Below, one piece after another: positions 59,946 through 64,000 of a stretch of 64,000 nt of DNA. The number at the start of each line of letters is the position of its first letter. Position 1 is the stretch's first letter. The DNA lies in contig JAIPBU010000001.1 of NCBI GenBank assembly GCA_021738535.1, positions 70,220 through 134,219 on the forward strand. The letters run 5' to 3'. The position numbers and the translations under genes were made by a program. Below the pieces are notes generated by a model that did no database searches, was not told the DNA's origin, and was given only the letters and a program-made list of their open reading frames with translations. Source of the stretch: Bacteroidales bacterium (lineage in GTDB: Bacteria; Bacteroidota; Bacteroidia; Bacteroidales; VadinHA17).

Positions 59946-61283
59946 TTACATTGCTGAGACAGCGCCTCCGGCCCTGCCTTTAATCTTTCCTGATTTCATA
60001 AGGCCATCGTAATGGCGCATCAACAGATGACTCTCTATCTGTTGAAGAGTATCCAGGACAACACCAACCAGGATAAGTAATGATGTCCCGCCGTAAAACT
60101 GTGCAAATGGTGAACTGACACCGGCCTTAACGGCTATTGAGGGCAAGATTGCAATAGTAGCCAGGAATATAGAGCCGGGCAGTGTAATTCTGGACATTAC
60201 CTGGTCCAGGAATTCCACTGTTTTTCTTCCGGGTTTAACACCCGGTATAAATCCACCGTTTTTCTTCATATCCTCGGCCATCTGTACCGGGTTAATGGTT
60301 ACGGCCGTATAGAAATATGTAAATGCAATAATAAGTAATGCTGTTACCAGGTTATACCAGAATCCGTACATATTTGAGAATGCAGAAACAAAGCCTGACA
60401 TATTTTCCGCACTTGCATAACCTGCAAGTATTACGGGCAGCATCATAATAGCCTGAGCAAAAATGATTGGCATAACGCCGGCAGCATTTACCTTTAGTGG
60501 TATATACTGTCTTACACCGCCATACTGTTTATTTCCTACTATTCTCCTGGCATACTGCACCGGTATTCTCCTTGTTCCCTGCACAAGCAATATAGTACCC
60601 AGGATAACTGCAAAGAGGAATACCATTTCAAGCAATAGTCCTACCAGTCCGCCTGATCCGTCAAGTCTAACTCCCAGTTCGAACACGAATGCCTGGGGCA
60701 GGCGGGCAATAATACCGATCATAATAATAAGGGATATACCATTTCCAATTCCCTTATCTGTAATTTTTTCACCCAGCCACATAATAAACATGGTTCCAGC
60801 GGTAAGAATAATAACCGAGGATACTTTAAAGAGGGTTCCTGATAGTACAAATGCACTTGCCGGCAGCTGGGCATTCAGGTTTGCCAGGTAAGTTGGAGCC
60901 TGCAGCAGCAGTATAGCAACTGTCAGGTATCTGGTATACTGATTCATTTTTCTTCTTCCGCTTTCTCCTTCACGCTGCAGCTTCTGGAAGTAAGGAAATA
61001 CTATCCCGAGGAGCTGAATAACGATAGATGCGGAGATATATGGCATTATACCCAGGGCAAAGACAGAAGCCTGGGAGAATGCTCCTCCCGAGAACATATC
61101 CAGCAGACCCATAATTCCTGATGCTGTCTGGTCACGCAGGGCATCCAGTTGTGAAGGATCAATACCCGGCAAGGTAACATACTTACCAAACCTGTACAGC
61201 AATATTATTCCGAGGGTATAAATTATCCTGGCTCTAAGGTCTTCAATCCTGAATATATTACGTATTGTCTGAATCAGTCTCAT
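59946..61283 (-). CDS. secY: Preprotein translocase subunit SecY
   Basis: 445 aa with 10 TM helices. It is in the expected position between rplO and map. Confidence 0.96.
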   Translation of the reverse strand: MRLIQTIRNIFRIEDLRARIIYTLGIILLYRFGKYVTLPGIDPSQLDALRDQTASGIMGLLDMFSGGAFSQASVFALGIMPYISASIVIQLLGIVFPYFQKLQREGESGRRKMNQYTRYLTVAILLLQAPTYLANLNAQLPASAFVLSGTLFKVSSVIILTAGTMFIMWLGEKITDKGIGNGISLIIMIGIIARLPQAFVFELGVRLDGSGGLVGLLLEMVFLFAVILGTILLVQGTRRIPVQYARRIVGNKQYGGVRQYIPLKVNAAGVMPIIFAQAIMMLPVILAGYASAENMSGFVSAFSNMYGFWYNLVTALLIIAFTYFYTAVTINPVQMAEDMKKNGGFIPGVKPGRKTVEFLDQVMSRITLPGSIFLATIAILPSIAVKAGVSSPFAQFYGGTSLLILVGVVLDTLQQIESHLLMRHYDGLMKSGKIKGRAGGAVSAM

Positions 61284-61284
61284 C

Positions 61285-61734
61285 CTAATCTATTTTTACT
61301 ACTTTTCCCTGTTTGGCTTCAATTGCTTCAGCGGCTGCTTTTGAGAAAGCATGTGCATGAACTTCCAGTTTCTTATCAAGCTCTCCCTTTGCAAGTATTT
61401 TAACAAGTGTTTTTTTCTGTATCAATCCTGAGTCATAAAGAACCTCAGGATCAATAAGGTCAAGCTTTTTTTTATCTGCCAGTTGTTGCAGGGTACTTAT
61501 ATTAATACCTTTATACTCAACACGGTTAATATTCTTAAAACCGTACTTGGGTATTCTTCTCTGCAGAGGCATCTGCCCGCCTTCAAAGCCAACCTTTTTT
61601 GAGTACCCGGATCTTGATTTCTGTCCTTTATGGCCCCTGGTTGCAGTGCCTCCTCTGCCAGTACCCTCTCCACGTCCCAGTCGCCTGTCTTTTTTGACAG
61701 TTCCTTCAGCCGGTTTTAGATTACTTAAGTCCAT
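61285..61734 (-). CDS. rplO: 50S ribosomal protein L15
   Basis: 149 aa with LGRGEGTGRGGTATRGHKGQKSRSG. Confidence 0.96.
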   Translation of the reverse strand: MDLSNLKPAEGTVKKDRRLGRGEGTGRGGTATRGHKGQKSRSGYSKKVGFEGGQMPLQRRIPKYGFKNINRVEYKGINISTLQQLADKKKLDLIDPEVLYDSGLIQKKTLVKILAKGELDKKLEVHAHAFSKAAAEAIEAKQGKVVKID

Positions 61735-61757
61735 ATCAATTAAATATTTTAATTTTT

Positions 61758-61937
61758 TTAAATTTCTTCCACTCTGACCAGATGTTTAACGGCAGTAACC
61801 ATACCCAGTACCTGGGGTGTTGCTTCGTGTTCGATGCTCTGGTGCATTTTCTTTAATCCAAGGGCAGCCAGTGTTTTCTTCTGACGTTCAGGCATTCCTA
61901 TTTTCGATTTTATCTGTGTTACCCGTATCTTTGACAT
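61758..61937 (-). CDS. rpmD: 50S ribosomal protein L30
   Basis: I read this by hand, and at 59 aa it is just below the track cutoff. It encodes MSKIRVTQIKSKIGMPERQKKTLAALGLKKMHQSIEHEATPQVLGMVTAVKHLVRVEEI. Confidence 0.93.
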   Translation of the reverse strand: MSKIRVTQIKSKIGMPERQKKTLAALGLKKMHQSIEHEATPQVLGMVTAVKHLVRVEEI

Positions 61938-61949
61938 AATGATATAATT

Positions 61950-62471
61950 CTAACCATTAAAAACTTTATCGAGATTTATTGTTCTGTGCTTTGCTACAGT
62001 ATATGCATCCCTTAGCTGCAGGAGTGCTTCAAAAGTAGCTTTAACCAGGTTATGAGGGTTTGCTGATCCCTTTGATTTGGCAAGTACATTTTTCACTCCC
62101 ACACTTTCGAGGACAGCCCTCATAGCACCACCGGCTACAACACCTGTACCTTCAGATGCCGGTTTCAGGAATACTGATGCTCCCCCGTACTTTGCATGCT
62201 GTACATGAGGAATAGTTCCATTAATAACGGGTATCTGCACAAGGTTTTTCTTAGCATCCTCAACACCTTTAGCTATAGCAGTGGTTACTTCGTTGGCTTT
62301 ACCCAGACCATGTCCTACCACACCGTCTTCATTACCAACCACAACGATAGCAGAAAAACTGAAAGTACGTCCTCCCTTTGTCACCTTGGTAACCCTCTGG
62401 ATACTAACGAGTCTGTCTTTCAACTCGAGATCCATCGTTTTTACTCTTTTAACTTCTTTATCCATATTCAT
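61950..62471 (-). CDS. rpsE: 30S ribosomal protein S5
   Basis: 173 aa with [26 protein letters not shown]. Confidence 0.96.
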   Translation of the reverse strand: MNMDKEVKRVKTMDLELKDRLVSIQRVTKVTKGGRTFSFSAIVVVGNEDGVVGHGLGKANEVTTAIAKGVEDAKKNLVQIPVINGTIPHVQHAKYGGASVFLKPASEGTGVVAGGAMRAVLESVGVKNVLAKSKGSANPHNLVKATFEALLQLRDAYTVAKHRTINLDKVFNG

Positions 62472-62834
62472 TTAGAATTTTAAACCGCCTTTGCGAGCTG
62501 CTTCAGCCAGTGATTTTACTCTGCCATGGTACTTATATCCACCCCTGTCGAAAACGACCTTTTCAATTTTTGCTTCTTTGCATTTTTCAGCAAGCAGTTT
62601 TCCAACGAGAGCAGCCTGTTCGATCTTATTCTTCTTCTCTGCTGCATCCACTTCCTTCTCCCTTGAAGAAGCTGAAAGGATAGTAATTCCTTTAAGATCA
62701 TCAACTACCTGGGCATAGATCTGCTTATTACTTCTGAAAACAGCTACCCTGGGTAAGTCTGCAGTACCAGATACTTTTTTACGAATTCTTTGTTTAACCC
62801 TTTTTCTTCTTTGTACTTTAGATAAGCTCATCAC
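62472..62834 (-). CDS. rplR: 50S ribosomal protein L18
   Basis: 120 aa with [19 protein letters not shown]...[26 protein letters not shown]. Confidence 0.96.
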   Translation of the reverse strand: MMSLSKVQRRKRVKQRIRKKVSGTADLPRVAVFRSNKQIYAQVVDDLKGITILSASSREKEVDAAEKKNKIEQAALVGKLLAEKCKEAKIEKVVFDRGGYKYHGRVKSLAEAARKGGLKF

Positions 62835-62848
62835 TCATTTTTTAAATA

Positions 62849-63403
62849 TTATACACTTGCAGATTTTCCGGCCTTTCTCCTGAGCTGTTCACCAACAAAC
62901 TTGATTCCTTTTCCTTTGTAAGGCTCAGGCGGGCGCAGTGATCTTATCTTGGCAGCCACATGACCTATCAATTGTTTATCAGGACTGCTAAGGGTAACAA
63001 CCGGGTTACTCCTTCTCTCCGTTTTGGCTTCAACCTTTACCTCCGGCGGCAGTTCAATTATTACATCATGGGAAAAACCTATACCAAGCTCAAGTTTTTG
63101 TCCATTTGCGTCGGCCCTGTAACCAACTCCCACAAGTTCGAGTTGCTTCTTATATCCTTCTGACACACCTGTTACGGCATTACTGATCAGTGCCCTGTAG
63201 AGTCCGTGCAGTGATTTATATTTCTTTGTATCGTCAGGGCGGGTGAGTATGAGTTCATTCTCCTCCACATTAATCTTCATGCCCTTATCAACACTAACAG
63301 AAAGCTCTCCCTGTGGTCCTTTAAGGTTTACTGTATTGTCATCAGCCACATTCACTGTAACGCCTGATGGTATCTTAACCGGTAGATTTCCTATTCGTGA
63401 CAT
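62849..63403 (-). CDS. rplF: 50S ribosomal protein L6
   Basis: 184 aa starting MSRIGNLPVKIPSGVTV, with PEPYKGKGIKF further on. Confidence 0.96.
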   Translation of the reverse strand: MSRIGNLPVKIPSGVTVNVADDNTVNLKGPQGELSVSVDKGMKINVEENELILTRPDDTKKYKSLHGLYRALISNAVTGVSEGYKKQLELVGVGYRADANGQKLELGIGFSHDVIIELPPEVKVEAKTERRSNPVVTLSSPDKQLIGHVAAKIRSLRPPEPYKGKGIKFVGEQLRRKAGKSASV

Positions 63404-63422
63404 ACTATACTAATCTTCATTT

Positions 63423-63818
63423 TTAATAAACATAACACAATACTTCTCCGCCTATCTTGAGGTTCCTGGCTTCTTTATCTGTCATAACACCCTGTGATGT
63501 TGACAGGATTGCCACACCCAGTCCGTTAAGGACCCTTGGGAGATTGTCCACGCTTGCATACTGCCTCAGTCCCGGCTTTGAAATACGTTCCAGTGACTTT
63601 ATTGCCGGTACTTTACTGTCGGGATCATACTTAAGGGCAATTTTAATAATGCCCTGACGATTATCATCAACATATTTATAACTAAGGATATAACCTTTGT
63701 CATAAAGTATTTTTGTAATATCCTTCTTCAGATTTGATGCAGGAATTTCCACCACCTTATGTCCGGCGATAATCCCATTCCTTATTCTGGTAAGAAAATC
63801 TGCAATTGGATCAGTCAT
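63423..63818 (-). CDS. rpsH: 30S ribosomal protein S8
   Basis: 131 aa starting [15 protein letters not shown], with GGEVLCYVY at the C-terminus. Confidence 0.96.
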   Translation of the reverse strand: MTDPIADFLTRIRNGIIAGHKVVEIPASNLKKDITKILYDKGYILSYKYVDDNRQGIIKIALKYDPDSKVPAIKSLERISKPGLRQYASVDNLPRVLNGLGVAILSTSQGVMTDKEARNLKIGGEVLCYVY

Positions 63819-63843
63819 TCTTTCTAATTTTAATTATTAATTA

Positions 63844-64000
63844 TTACCAGCTGGCTTTTTTAACACCCGGGATAAGGCCTTTTGATGCCATTTCCCTGAA
63901 AGTGATACGGCTAACACCGAATTGCCTCATATAGCCCCTGGGGCGACCCGTAATCTTGCAACGGTTGTGCATTCTGATCGGGTTTGAATTACGCGGCAGA
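63844..64000 (-). CDS. rpsN: 30S ribosomal protein S14, C-terminal part (5' end lies beyond the window end)
   Basis: I read this by hand: ...[51 protein letters not shown], with the TAA stop at 63846-63844. It is the non-zinc long-type S14. Confidence 0.9.
   Translation of the reverse strand, partial: LPRNSNPIRMHNRCKITGRPRGYMRQFGVSRITFREMASKGLIPGVKKASW

Noticed and set aside
63844-64000. Apparent frameshift in rpsN (S14) near 63960
   Set aside because: The apparent shift came from my own one-base transcription slip across a line break. On recounting, the frame is continuous from the window edge ([23 protein letters not shown]...) to the TAA at 63846-63844.

Overview
This 64 kb window looks like ordinary core chromosome from a Bacteroidota genome, probably an anaerobic or facultative Bacteroidia-type lineage. 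The phylum call rests on several observations: gldD/gldE are present, two proteins carry T9SS C-terminal sorting domains, TTTG-N20-TAnnTTTG promoters occur, start codons are preceded by A-rich leaders without Shine-Dalgarno sequences, and the block pdxJ / CBS / nadK / beta-barrel OMPs / uppS / bamA / skp / skp / murI is syntenic. Coding density is high. I call 72 protein-coding genes, almost all housekeeping. They include korAB, the envelope-biogenesis block, prs-rplY-pth, lnt, dsbD, rng, hup, ssb, ychF, hisS, ubiD, eno and the alpha/spc ribosomal-protein cluster from rpsN to rplQ. I read five CDSs by hand that the ORF track does not list. Three are small genes: rpmJ, rpmD and a 30-aa bS22-like basic peptide downstream of hup. 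Two are edge-truncated genes: an N-terminal fragment at 1-634 and the rpsN 3' end. I found no tRNA or rRNA genes, CRISPR arrays, transposases, integrases, phage genes or recognisable defence or toxin modules. I also see no convincing novel multi-gene system. The most interesting element is a roughly 410-nt region between eno and ubiD that has no ORF and is locally GC-rich. It is bounded by a consensus Bacteroidota promoter and an intrinsic terminator, and it is full of stable hairpins, two of them with UUCG tetraloops. It looks like a structured RNA that I cannot assign to RNase P, tmRNA or SRP by hallmark motifs. Lesser observations are listed here:
- a GGGPS/PcrB-family prenyltransferase whose gene overlaps a PPTase gene
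- a hybrid histidine kinase with a degenerate ATPase domain, convergent with a PP2C phosphatase
- a hisS-hutH pairing
- long acidic low-complexity tails on L25 and L17
- a long rplY leader with a rare SD-like motif
- an odd 500-bp divergent intergenic region upstream of korA
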